The translations under genes and the position numbers were made by a program. From Epiperipatus broadwayi (lineage: Eukaryota > Animalia > Onychophora): 64,000 nucleotides of DNA. The notes under the pieces were generated by a model. That model saw only the letters and a program-made list of their open reading frames with translations. It had not been told where the DNA came from and did not search any database. The stretch's first letter is position 1. Each line of letters opens with the position of its first letter. Of this stretch, positions 40,611-53,625 are shown in pieces. Where the stretch lies: the NCBI GenBank assembly GCA_028023455.1, contig JAQFVV010000007.1, positions 14,012,001-14,076,000 of the forward strand, read 5' to 3'.

Positions 40611-42962
40611 GGGTTATATTTAATGTTATTGATCTTTTGTCAGTGCAAAAAAACATTGATATAATTACATTTCAATAACAGAGTCTCGTTTATTTGATAG
40701 TAACTCTTACTTGAAACAAATGAATTTTCATTCATATTTTTCTTTTTGTTATGTTGACCGATACATCTGACTGCAAATATATCTACAAAATTATAATAGC
40801 ACTAAATTATTATTATTTTTTGAAAGAGGTGATTAATATTTACTTTATGACTTTGCAATTTTTATGAACCTCTAATTTTTTTTATATAATCTTTCAAGGG
40901 GGCAACCTTTATTTTAAGAAGCACAGCTATATTTGACAGATTAGATGCTTGATTAGAATATTTTTTGCTTTAAATGATTCATAAATATAATAAAATATTT
41001 TTAAAAGTTTACTAAAATGGATTAAGGATAGAGCTTTTGATAATTTCAATATTGCATGAGTCTTTTTTTGCAAATTTATCTGTACGCGCAAGCACACTTT
41101 CAATTATATTGATATTGTTATTAATATTTATTTAAAAATGATATGAAAACTTTAAAAGAGAAATTATGAACCAAAAAAAAATATTTTAGATTGATTTATT
41201 ATTTAGGTTATTTTCTATTTCCCTGCTGTGTTTTATTAAATTATTAATATAATAAATTTCTTTGTCACCACAGTTTGAGAAATTTGCTTCCATTTCTGAA
41301 CGTAAAAAAAAAAACCGAAGTATGCATTAAGTCACTTAGTAAAATTCAATTTTTGTTTCAGAACGAAGCATTAAAAACCTCTGCAGCTTGCCTTCACTGT
41401 CTGAGACTAGATTATTAATCGTTTCATAAAATTGTATTGATAAAAAAAACTATTATTCATTCTAGTATGAAGTGTGCTTTTCTTTTAAGAACATATTCAA
41501 ACTTTTCGATAGCAATTAAATAGTAGAATAAATCTATCAAAAACAAGGAAATAAGTTCTGGATGTAAAATAATAAGGATTCAACTTTCCTCTAAAAATTT
41601 CCAAAGTTTTTCAATTTTTTTTTTTTTTTTAACAAAATAATTCATTTAAAAAAACTGCATGCCTATGAAATAAAAGTAAAACTAAGCATTATTTCCAATT
41701 CAGTTCTATTTATTTTTTAGGTGAATTTTTTAATACCCTTTTTTATTTTTCGTAATTTTTTTTATAGGTGTAAATGGTTTGCATATTGCAACACAAAATG
41801 TTTGTGTGACAAAAATATAGGCATTATATTTTCCAAATCTTTTCTTTAGGTGTAAATAGTTTCCTGACAGATCACAGAATATTTGTGCATCATAAATGTT
41901 AGGTATGAATCTTATTTCAGGAACACTTAGCTTTCCAATATGATAATCTTCATATGGCAGTTTTTTTTGTACATGTTGATACATACTTCTGCATTCCACT
42001 TCAGTCCCTCTGTGCATGAAAAATCAATGAAATTTTTACAATAAGCTTATAATGTGCAGATATTTCCCTTACTACTATGACAATTTTAGAGCAACCTCTA
42101 ATAATTGTTTATAGAACTTCAAATATAATATTTAAGTTATATACTTATTTCAGGTTTGTATGTGATGTGTAGTGTATACACATAAATATGATGTTATCTA
42201 TTTTCAGATATCTGATCACTATGAGTTTATTATGGTCTTGAAATATTGGGATCATCTGCTCAGAATGGATCCTAAAACTTTTGTGCTTTTGTGCCATATT
42301 CTATTACTATACTAAACTGCACACTGCAACTTTTGATATCATAAATGAAATTTATTGTAAAAATGTTTTACAACAGATATTGTATTTTTTTAAAAAAACA
42401 CTAAAAATAAAATGCAACCTTTTCATGTGTATCTCTGAAAACTGTTTTCATTTATTTTCTCAATAATAACAGATAAAAAATCTTATTTTTTGGTTGATTT
42501 ATTGAAAATTATACTTGCATTTCCCTGCCCCTCAAACAAATAATTCCTCTTATATACATAGCATTGAAAATATATAATTTTTTAATGAAGAAACTAATTT
42601 TGATACACAAACCACAATAATTCACAACTCTGTCCCCAATGAAATCATTCTACTAAAGTTGAAATAATCCCAATATTTGTGTATCAATGCTAATTTATTA
42701 GGTAGATAAAAATGCTACTTTTATTCAACTATCACAATGTTATATGGTAAAGAATTGACTTATATTTAGCCTATAATAATGGATTTAGATATTTCAATAA
42801 TTGGTGGTGGGAAGGTAAAAAAAGTGAATATAAAGTTAAAAGAACATAATTGCAAAAAAATCAAATCATATATCATATGACCTAATTTAACAAATTTGTA
42901 TTACAAATGTTATCTAATGAGCTTGTCAATAGTTCTTAACAAACTTTTCAGAATATCTCTAA

Positions 42963-43000
42963 CCTCAAATCAGTTTCTGCTTCTGGCTTCCTCAGTGAGG
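42963..43000 (-). ncRNA. Type-I hammerhead (family D, left)
   Basis: CCTCA CTGAGGA AGC cagaa GCA GAAA CTGA TT TGAGG. Confidence 0.8.
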
Positions 43001-43335
43001 TGCTAGATTCAAACATTAGATTTAAAATGCCAGGTCAAACCCAGCACTTTATCTAATGATTAACTATTAAGTAGAAAATCTGAAATTTTCAGATATCGAT
43101 GTCTTCAAATCCAGCTATGTAATTTAAATAGGCTTTGTCAATTTTATTTTGCTAAAGTTATTAATATATGGTATATCTGAACTCATTTCAGTTACATGTG
43201 GCTATTTAAGTTAGATAGTTTGAGTTGAAGGCATATGGATGTCTGAAAATTTCAGATTTTCTATTTAGCAGTTAACCTTTAGATAAAGTAATGGGCTTTA
43301 TCTGGTATTTTAAATCTAATGCTTGAATATCCTAG

Positions 43336-43373
43336 CATCACTAAGGAAGCCAGAAGAAGAAACTGGTCTGGGA
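43336..43373 (+). ncRNA. Type-I hammerhead (family D, right)
   Basis: CATCA CTAAGGA AGC cagaa GAA GAAA CTGG TC TGGGA; distal GAATATCC/GGATATTC stem. Confidence 0.72.
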
Positions 43374-44036
43374 TTAAGGATATTCTGAAAAGCTTGTTAA
43401 GAGCTATTGGCAATCTCATTAGATAATAAAAGTTAAAAGAAAAATGCCATTGTCAAAGGAAGCATTTTTTGAAAGAAAGAATATATGTAAACTTTTGAAG
43501 ATAGAATTAAGGAAAAAAATAATTAAATGCTATTAATGGAGTATATTATTGTACATGTGGGCAATGAGTAAAACATTTAAAAAAAATTTGGGAACCTTTG
43601 AGATGTGAATGTGGAGAAGAATGGAAAAATTATTAAGATGACTAAAATGACAAATAAGAAAGTATTGAAAATAGTAATTGAAAAAATAAGATTGATTGGG
43701 GAAATTAGAGAGAAAAAAAACTGAAGTGGATATACACTAAAAAGAAAAAAATGATGGTTATTTTAGAAGGGATGTTGAATAAAAGCAAGAAGGATGAAAA
43801 ACATTGATTTTACTAAAAGATATGAGATGGAAAAAGATATATGGAATTGAAGATATTGTCAATGAACAGAATAAAAAAAGAAGAGACAGAGCACTATTGA
43901 TTGATTAATAACAAAGTTATATTCTCTGCATAAAAGTACCATTTTTGTTTAACTAATAAATTAGCAATGATGTAAAAAATGAGTGTTCTTTACAAGTTTG
44001 TTAAAATAATTCTATTGGGATTTGACATAAAGTATT

Positions 44037-44039
<3 letters not shown>

Positions 44040-44114
<75 letters not shown>
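44040..44114. repeat. (AT)n microsatellite
   Basis: Directly visible. Confidence 0.99.
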
Positions 44115-44116
<2 letters not shown>

Positions 44117-44599
44117 TCTTTTTTGAAATCTTACAGAGTGATTAAGCAAAAACAATGCTTCTAATATTAACAATCAACCATCATTAATAATATGTTGTTT
44201 TCCATTATTTACACTATATTAATGCAACTTATTTTTGCTTTTCAATATTTATAGCTACACTAACAACTGAAAAGTCATTGTAGATATTGCAGACACTAGA
44301 TGACTTTATTTTTATTGATCTCTTGTTGTAAAACATTCATCATATATATATATATTTAAGCTTAATAGATCATCTAAATGGTAAGGTATTCTGATAAATG
44401 AGACACTCTCCAGTTTAAACAATAATGTAATAATAAGAAGATAGCAGCTAATTTGAATGTGGGTATCATCTTTTTATCATCTTATTCCCAGATGACTAGA
44501 GGGGGTATGTCTCATTTATTAGAATAGCATTACTTTTTATATGATTTATTTAACATATATTTTTGCTTAGTAATTGTTTTTATTATATATATATATATC

Positions 44600-44687
44600 A
44601 TCCAGTCAACACTTAGGTAATTGCAATATCAATAACAATTAACAATTTCTAACTGTTGACAAGGCAACCTCCTTTTAACAATAAAGG
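44600..44687 (-). repeat. Family C solo arm
   Basis: ccagtcaacacttag..aactgttgacaaggcaacc matches 7496-7560; abuts (TA)n. Confidence 0.65.
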
Positions 44688-44719
44688 TAGAAGCAAATAA
44701 TCATAATTTTGTAATAAAA

Positions 44720-45400
44720 AAAAATGTTTATTTATTTTGAGATGTTACAAATTAAATCCCTTTCAAATTATAGTCCCTTTAATGCAATACACATGCGCAA
44801 ATATGTTTATCACTCTTTAATGTAGTCCCACAACTCTTGCAAAGTGATGTCTTTTAATACCTGCATCTTTTTTTTCTTCAACATTTATAAGACTAAACAA
44901 ATTTTTTTGAGATATTTTTTTATTAAAAAAAAGAGATCCTTCAAAATTAAATCAAGTGAATATGGCTGGTAGATAAGCTGGGTTATGCTGAATTTAATTA
45001 AAATAAATAGTTGCATACTTAAGGCTTTATGTGCTGATGTGTTGTCATGGTAAAGCTTATATTGTCTATTGAATGACAAATGGGGTGGTCTTTGTTTTAT
45101 TGCATCACCCAAACTTTTTGGAAATTGTAATTTTAAATGTGTGGTTGTTACAACAAATTCTGAGTGACCAATGTCATTTGGATCCAAAACCAATCATCTG
45201 AATCTTGACCTTGGACTTCACTAACGATACTTTTTATGATGTGAATTTGCCATTTTTATTAAATCACTCACAAGCTTGTTCTGCTAAGCTGTTTCAAGTA
45301 TCACAACTATTTTCATGCTGTTTTTCCTAAGAAAAAAGAAAGAATTTCACATTGTTCCAAACTTTTAACTATTACAAAAAGTGACAGTTACATGAAACAT
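44720..45400 (-). mobile_element. Mariner transposase remnant
   Basis: LYHDNTSAHKALS..ITQLIYQPYSLDL (HDNA / HPPYSPDL motifs). Confidence 0.78.
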
Positions 45401-46430
45401 ACTTTACAAAAAAAATATATTATGAGGCTCCACAATTTTAGATAATGCCATTATTTGGCAGATTGATGAAGAAGGATCACTGTAAGAGGTATCTAGTGTC
45501 AGAGGCAATATTGCAACAGATACACTTATCAGAGAATGATTCTAGTTACTTTTTAAATCTTCCCTCATATATGAATAAATACATTGAATTAAATATTTTC
45601 ATGGATTGTTATTATAATAAACAGAACATAAGATTATATCCATGTAAACAGAGATAAATTTAGCTTTTGATGTTGCCAATAACTATTAATTACAACCAAT
45701 TGACAATTTTCCTGTGGACTAACAAGTTTTTTTTCCATTAACCTATAATAATTCTTTTGTTTGGGTTTATTTAAGTACTGCCTGACACTATATTAGTAAT
45801 GATAAATAAAATAATTATTATATAATATTAAAATACTAGTAAAAAAAAACAAAATTTTATTAAAATTCTCTCACGACCAAAGTTTAATCTCTTAGCAATT
45901 ATATCTTCACAGGTAAAATCCATCTAGATACAAGCAACAGAAAATATTAAAGATAGTTGGTTCTTGAAGGTTATTTTGTTATGTATATATGTGTTGTTTA
46001 TATCTCATTGAATTTCACTTGAGAAGGTATATTTATTAATAGTGGAAACCATGGTTATGAGAGAATTTTAGGAAAACTTGTTTTTTTAGCCAGTATTCTA
46101 ATGTTATATGAATTTCTAATATAAATATATGTAATATTTAAATATTTTACACTAATATTTCACACATTACACCAATAATTCTATTTTTATTTTTATTTTA
46201 TTATGTCACTTAGTCCTTTTAAAGGGTGAGGGCTTTATTTTCAAAGCTCTGGAAAATTGTAGTGTGCAAAATTATGCAAATCAAGTTTGCCACTTCTTGA
46301 AAATGGCACAAAATGCATCTCTTTCACCCATGGAATATAATATTAAAATACAAGTATAATTTGTATACTGAATTTAATGTAATTAACATTCACACTCTTT
46401 GCAGCTCTTTACGCCATCTTTGTATAATTG

Positions 46431-46687
46431 ACATACATGACCACATACATGAGAAACAGATAAATTATGTATTTTGTGCTGAACCAGCACTCATCATTTT
46501 GTCCAGATCATCATCTCCCACACATATATACAACCACAGTTTACTTTTTATTAAGATGGCAAATATTCAAATTTTAATGGACAGGCTTCAATATTCTCCA
46601 TCCTCCAACGTTTCAGCAATTCATATTCTTGAAAATCTTATGACAGAATTCTCAAAGCCTTAATGATGCCAATAGTATTGTCAAACC
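46431..46687 (-). mobile_element. Family A copy with decayed HHR (about 46464-46502)
   Basis: gtgctgaaccagcactcatca on plus; upstream part matches 50640-50820. Confidence 0.75.
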
Positions 46688-46789
46688 CATATTGATATCA
46701 AATCACTCTGACTCCTTATGCATAACACCCTAACATGTCCATCCAAATACACAGAAGGGGAATAGACAGAATACAGACTGAATATTTAA

Positions 46790-47230
46790 TATTCAAATAC
46801 AACTATATTGCAGATACTAAACTTAATGCAATTAGAAAGAATTCAAAATCAGACTTCCAAGCTCTTTATAGCTCTCCATTTCTTTATATACAAGCACTAT
46901 GCATTACCATACACATGTGAAAAAGACAAATGATCTCCAGTATAAATATTTTGTGCCATGATATAAATGACTGAAGAGTTGGAGAGTGGAGGAGATTGAA
47001 GTCTGTTAGTTAATTTTTGAATATTTTCTATCTTAATATAAACTTAGCACTGGTTATATATATGTGAGGGATATGATGCTCTGGACCAACTGATGAGTGC
47101 TGGTTCGACACAAAATATGAATACTGGAGATTATTTATTATTTTCATATGTAGGTGGTCAAGTGTATCATAGTACAAGATAGAGTCAAAAGCTGTAGGGA
47201 GCTGGAAAGTCTGTTCCCAATTCCTTCTAA
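46790..47230. mobile_element. Family A asymmetric fold-back insertion; HHR at 47086-47127(+), half HHR at about 46930-46958(-)
   Basis: Minus arm 46790-46960, plus arm 46965-47230; CCAA CTGATGA GTGCTGGTTCGACAC AAAA TATGAATA CTGG. Confidence 0.78.
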
Positions 47231-47305
47231 TAAATATATATATATTTAATTTAATATTGAATTCATAGTATTATTTCTCAGAATTCCTGGATATAATACT
47301 ATGAA

Positions 47306-47309
<4 letters not shown>

Positions 47310-47352
<43 letters not shown>
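47310..47352. repeat. (AT)n microsatellite
   Basis: Directly visible. Confidence 0.98.
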
Positions 47353-47356
<4 letters not shown>

Positions 47357-47406
47357 ATAATGACAAGTCAGATGTCACATGACTTATATATAGCTTGCAC
47401 TTACAA

Positions 47407-47619
47407 ATATGTAAAATTAAGAGTGTGCTAATAACTCTAAACAAGCTTTTTTTATTTTTTTTATTTATGATAAATGCTACTACAAGAGACCGGTCTGGGG
47501 ATGGGGACAATCCAAGATAAAAATGATTTGAATGCCTTCTCTTGTAGTAGCATTTATCATAAATAAAAAAAATAAAAAAGCTTGTTTAGAGTTATTAGCA
47601 CACTCTTAATTTTACATAT
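47407..47619. repeat. Near-perfect hairpin (family H), 83/82-bp arms, 48-nt spacer
   Basis: 47407-47489 versus 47538-47619 differ only by one base in a homopolymer. Confidence 0.9.
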
Positions 47620-47731
47620 ATGACATTTTTATTTGATATCTATATTTCTTTGTAATCTTGTAATTAAATATTAATAAGTACAGTAACATAAATATATATA
47701 AAGTACAACTTTAATAAAAACTTTTATCCAC

Positions 47732-47773
47732 TTAGTTGCACTTTCAATTAGCTTTGTAATCTTTGTCAACTAA
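47732..47773 (-). ncRNA. Hammerhead, U3-A8 variant (family E, left)
   Basis: TTAG TTGACAA A GATTA caaagc TAATT GAAA GTGC AA CTAA. Confidence 0.62.
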
Positions 47774-48161
47774 CACTTTCAAACAGACTTTCAAAATCTA
47801 ATCTTCCCATAATTCAGTGATTTTACATTTGCTGCCTGTCTGTTTATTAAGCCATGCTTGCATTTATATATTAGCATTGCTTTTTTTACTTTCCTTTCAT
47901 TATTGTTTTTTTTTCAATTTCTAATATTTTCACATTATTATAATCCATATTAAAAGCATATATACATAATCATATATGGTTTAATTTGGATTACAAAAAT
48001 GTGAAAATATTACAAAATGAAATAAAAAAATAATAAAAGGAAAACAAAGGGAGCCAAGTTAATATATAAATGTAAAAAATGATTTAATAAACAGACATGC
48101 AGCAAATGTAAAAGTCAATGAATTGTGGGAAAGTTAGACTTTGAAAGTCTGTTTGAAAGTG

Positions 48162-48204
48162 TTAGTTGACAAAGACTATGAAGCTAGGTCAAAAGCGCTC
48201 CTAT
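48162..48204 (+). ncRNA. Hammerhead, U3-A8 variant (family E, right)
   Basis: TTAG TTGACAA A GACTA tgaagc TAGGTC AAAA GCGC TC CTAT. Confidence 0.62.
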
Positions 48205-49198
48205 GTGGATAAAAGTTTTTAAAGTTGTATTTTATATATGTTTATATTACTGTATGTATTAATATTAAATTACAAGATTATATATATATATATAACAAGG
48301 AGAACAAATAGAAAGTTTTTCTCAAGATATTCACTATTGATTTCTTTTATTTGAAGATATTGACTGAGAATAAAATATAGTGGGTGGAGACTTACAATCA
48401 AGCAAGGCATTGAAATATTTGGTAAAAGAGAAGATTGCTACTGAAATAATTGAAAGACAGCATTGTAAAATATCAATTAAACACGTTAGCAAAGAAACAT
48501 ATGATAAACATTAATGTATTTGTATTTCACTAATTGATTTACCCAGTATTTGCAAAACTCATATAAATAACATTTTGATTTTTAAATTTCTATCTGTAGT
48601 TTTATTTACTGGAGCTCAATGTATTATATTAATTTATAAGTGGGTGATAATGACACATACGTAATAGTCATATCCATACATAATATAAAGAAGATAATTT
48701 GTAAATAAAATACTTTCCTTATTTTTTGTAGACTAAGTATAAATGAAATATAATTCTTTAATAATAATATAGATTATGATGATGATGATGATGATGATAA
48801 TAATAATATTCTGCATTGGATAATATAATTGCAGATTGTCAGATTATGGAATTCAAGAACCATGAATCAAGCATAGCACTAAAATTTGTTATGAATTATC
48901 AAGCTTAATAATAATAATAATAATAACAATAATATTTATTATTATTTATTTTATTTATTAAACAAACAATAAATAAGAGAAAATAGCTCCAAATAAGCAG
49001 AACTTGTTCAAGGAGTTATTCATTAGAGACATTTTATTAATTACAAATAATAAATAAATATTTATATTAATCATCTAAAAGAAAAAAAAATAATACCGAA
49101 AATAACATACGAAGATTAATACAAAGAATAAATTATAAATATAGGAAATCTATATAAAAATTAATTATACACATACACAAAAAAAGAAAAACAGTCAC

Positions 49199-49388
<190 letters not shown>

Positions 49389-50600
49389 TAACCAAGGTTT
49401 CAAACATTTCTTGAATAAATAAATAGTCAATATCTATTGAGTAGCGAGTAACAAAATAATTAAATACTCTGTAACCAAACAGCCTATGACATCTTACCAT
49501 GTAAAGATTTGGCAACACCAACTAAAAAATCTCAGCTAAGCAGGTATTTACAGCTGACAATTTTTAATACCTTAAGAAATGATAACAATATATATCAATA
49601 ATAATGTATAGTTTAAGAACAGAAAATACACAAGAATTAACATTGACAACATGCACAGAAATCAGTCTAGGCCTACCAAAATTAATATGCCTGGTGTAAT
49701 TTAGTAAAGAATATAATAAGAATAATGAGTAATCAGTGCAACTACCCCAAATGGAGTCATTATAACACAAAATACTTTGATAACAAACAAAATAAATATC
49801 ATCAAAGTAGATTTAGACAAAAATTTTACTAGATAATAAAATAAGTAATTAATTTTGCATAACTGTGCTTATAAATAGACAATATGGCTTGATAAAGATA
49901 ATCTGGAATCAATACACAAATAACAATAGTTATGAACAAAAAAAAAATATTGTCACATGCACAAATACTGTTAGGTTGAACTTTAAATTGACTACTAATA
50001 CAAAGTTAATGTGGAAGGTATCTTTAAGAAAATAGAATACCTTTCATTTTATTATTATTGACAGGTAAACAATTTATAATAATAAATCATCTGCGCTTTG
50101 AAAATAAATATTACTTACATATATTTCTGCAATTTATAACATCGATAATCTACTGCATAGTGAATCTAAAGATTTCATGCTGTATGTTTGTAATTTGAAG
50201 TCAGTGAGTAGTGTGTGAAGGTATTTAATATTCACACTTTCAGATATAAGTACTTTGGACTGGCTTGGATATATAGACAGACAAGTAAAGTTAAGAGTGG
50301 TTACCACTCTTTTCTTGTTAAATCGTTGTCCCAGTACTTACGATCTGATTGGCTATTAATAATCACAAGCGCTGAGAGACTTGCACTCTCTTGTAAGTTA
50401 ATAATAATAAGAATAATAATATAATAATAATAATAATAATAATAATAGTAATAGATGAAATACACAGGCTTATATATATCTGTGTCTATATATGTAATAG
50501 ACAGGGTATGAGCACAGACTTTCACATGACCCACCACTCTCCACACCATCTCATAACACTGATACACCTGAACACACATATGTCGAAAAGATAAATAATC

Positions 50601-50644
50601 ACCAATATAAGTATTTCATGCTAAACCAGCAATCATCAGTTGGT
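50601..50644 (-). ncRNA. Type-I hammerhead (family A2)
   Basis: ACCAA CTGATGA TTGCTG gtt TAGCAT GAAA TACTTAT A TTGGT. Confidence 0.85.
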
Positions 50645-51258
50645 CCAGATTACCATCACTACACATATATGCTACAAGTGCTCAGATATATATTAAGATA
50701 GCAAATCCTCCTACTTTAATGGACAGGCTTCAATGTACTCCACACTCCAACTCTTCAACCATCCATCCAATTGAAAATCTGATGATGGAACGCTCAAAGG
50801 CCACCCTTAGGCCGAGATTGTTGTCACATCCATGTTGACCTAAAGGTCAATCTGACCCCTTATGTACAGGACATAATCCATTAAATACATATACAAGGGA
50901 TAGGCAGACATCTCTAATATGTAATAGATGAAATACACAGGCTTATATATACCTGTGTCTATATATGTAATAGACAGGATATGAGCACAGACTTTCACAT
51001 GACCCACCACTCTCCACACCATCTCATAACACTGATACACCTGAACACACATATGTTGAAAAGATAAATAATCACCAATAACATATCTCGGCCTAAGGGT
51101 GGCCTTTGGGCATTCCATCATCAGATTTTCAATTGGATGGATGGTTGAAGAGTTGGAGCGTGGAGTACATTGAAGCCTGTCCATTAAAGTAGGAGGATTT
51201 GCTATCTTAATATATATCTGAGCACTTGTAGCATATATGTGTAGAGATGGTAATCTGA

Positions 51259-51302
51259 ACCAACTGATGATTGCTGGTTTAGCATGAAATGCGTTTATTG
51301 GT
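51259..51302 (+). ncRNA. Type-I hammerhead (family A2)
   Basis: ACCAA CTGATGA TTGCTG gtt TAGCAT GAAA TGCGTTT A TTGGT. Confidence 0.82.
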
Positions 51303-51394
51303 GATTATTTATCTTTTCAACATATGTGTGTTCAGGTGTATCAGTGTTATGAGATGGTGTGGAGAGTAGTGGGTCATGTGAAAGTTTGTGCTCA

Positions 51395-51544
<150 letters not shown>

Positions 51545-51559
51545 GAAGAAAAAGAGAAA

Positions 51560-52010
51560 GCACAATTCCCACAGAAAACCTTGCTACTACTGGTTGTCAA
51601 GTTAAAAATTACTGGGTTTAAATCCCCAAAATATTGTGCAAAACTAACATTTCTCACATCAAAACCAAACAATCTAAAATGAGTTTCCTGAAAGATTTTT
51701 GAATTGTTAACACAAATTTTTTATATAATAAACAATTTTCCAATGATAAAATCAGACAGCATATTGATCACCTCATTGCTACTGTTAGTTATCAAAACAA
51801 AGATTAAGCAATTCAAAAGCAAATATTGTAAATTTAAACTCAAAAATTTCACAGCAATAAATAAAGTTGGACAATTTTATGAAGCTTATATGTGAAGATC
51901 CAAATCAATTCAGAAATTTTTCAGCAAACAAAAAAATTTAACATCGTTGAAATCAAAAAAGATGGCATTCTCCATGTCAGGTAATCAAACGGATGGCACT
52001 TAAAAATCTT
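51560..52010 (+). mobile_element. Possible Gypsy-type integrase C-terminal remnant
   Basis: ATTG..KLLGLNP and KLDNF..PNQ..NIVEIKKDGILHV fragments resemble the TGxSP / GPY module; heavily decayed. Confidence 0.3.
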
Positions 52011-52129
52011 CAATGACAATAAAACTTAAATCTCAACAAGAACTTATGTAAATGTATCAAAACAAGATTACAAATTTTAATTAATAGAACTTATCTAGTA
52101 ACAAAATGATACCAAGATTTAGAAAAACA

Positions 52130-53090
52130 AACCAAGAGCATATGAACTAGATTTAAATACACAAGAAATCTAAGATACAACTCAAAGCAACATAGTAACT
52201 CTGCAAGACATCAATCATACCACAATATCAACTAAACTAAGAAATCTTTATAAAAAAAATAAAAAAAAGTTTCACTGTTCCACATACATATGTAATCATT
52301 GAATATTAAGCATGTAAATCAAAATAATCTAACAAAATAAATGAACTAAATATAAAAACTCAAGATACACCTGTATGAATTCAATGTAACATAGCAACCT
52401 TGGAAGATATTCATCATACGACAATTGAGAGTATACCAAGAAATCTTTATAACAAATAAAAAAATTCCTCTGCATCATATACATATGTAATCATTGAATA
52501 TTAAACATGCAAATTAATGTATAACTTTTCATTTAAATTTATGTATACATGCAATTTGCATAAATCTATGTAATCAAAATATGCCATCATTATAAATGAA
52601 TTGGAATTAAAAGCCCAAACAACCCAAGATGAACTCAATGTAGCATAGAAATTATGCAGGATAGCTATTATACCATAGTATAGATAGACTGCACCAAGAA
52701 ATCTTTTGTATAAAAAAAAGTTACTCTGTACCATGTACATATGTAATCATTGAATATTAAATATGCCAACTATTGTATAAATTATTTAAATTTATGTACA
52801 CATGCAACTTTCATAAATTTATGTAATAAAAATAAACCAACAACATATATGAACAGGTTTAGAAACTCAAGATACACATGTATGAACTCAATGTAACATA
52901 GCAACCATGCAAAATATCTATTATCCCTCAGTATATACTACACCAACAAATCTAGTTTCTAAGCCAATAAACATCACATGATCACCATACCATATCTATA
53001 TATAATCATTGAATTTTAAACATAAAAACTAATGTAACACTTTTTATTTAAATTTATATACCCATGCAACTTGCATAAATCTAAGTAATC
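52130..53090. repeat. Diverged tandem array, 4-5 units of about 195-260 bp, with a family B fragment at about 52930-52990
   Basis: catatgtaatcattgaatattaa-like motif recurs at about 52288, 52483, 52740, 53000. Confidence 0.75.
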
Positions 53091-53286
53091 AAAATGTCAC
53101 ACTGAGCTTCAAATACCTAATTGTATGCTTCTTATAAAAATTGTAACCCACACTACATTAACTTATATAGTTTTATACATCAACCCATTCATAGAAATTC
53201 AATGACTGGTTTAAGTAATGTATATATACCAATAGTAATCAATCTACACTTTCTTTAGTTCAATAAAGTTCCTTGTTGAAACATCC

Positions 53287-53358
<72 letters not shown>
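53287..53358. repeat. (AAT)n microsatellite
   Basis: Directly visible. Confidence 0.98.
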
Positions 53359-53360
<2 letters not shown>

Positions 53361-53439
53361 TTGATGATGATGATGAATGAAAGAATGCATATTTAAACCA
53401 TTTTATTAGGTATGTTGAGAGTTACTGTATTATTTTCAA

Positions 53440-53625
53440 TAAGAATATCAAAATCTCCGTAGAGTAGTGACACCAATTGCAAACCTTTATTATTAATGGA
53501 TGCAGGAAGGTTTGTGCATAAAATCACTATCTAGTGCACTTGGTGGCACTATTGTATGGAGTGTTTGATACTCTTATTAACAACATTAGTAAGCATGCAA
53601 AATGGTGATCATGTGATGATTTGAT
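53440..53625. mobile_element. Decayed family B fold-back
   Basis: ggatgcaggaaggtttgtgcataaaatc.. then gtggcactattgtatggag..aaatggtgatcatgtgatg. Confidence 0.7.

Larger units (their letters stand above)
42845..43428. mobile_element. Family D head-to-head palindrome with two HHRs and 13-bp TSD
   Basis: Arms 42910-43133 / 43200-43426; AAAGTTAAAAGAA at 42832-42844 and 43429-43441. Confidence 0.85.
42740..43900 (+). mobile_element. RTE-like LINE 3' fragment interrupted by family D
   Basis: Empty-site reading EYKVKRKMPLSKEAF; downstream TFEM.MWRRMEK, TNKKVL motifs. Confidence 0.7.
47653..48280. mobile_element. Family E palindrome (about 310-bp arms, almost no spacer) with two U3-A8 HHRs
   Basis: Arm-to-arm matches such as ctttgtcaactaacactttcaaacagactttcaaa / tttgaaagtctgtttgaaagtgttagttgacaaag. 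Confidence 0.82.

Noticed and set aside
41730-42017. 95-aa minus ORF and nearby splice-like sites
   Set aside because: No recognisable motif; the length is compatible with chance.
50291-50310. AAGAGTGG-tta-CCACTCTT hairpin as a ribozyme stem or terminator
   Set aside because: No catalytic core flanks it, and intrinsic terminators are not meaningful in this eukaryotic context.
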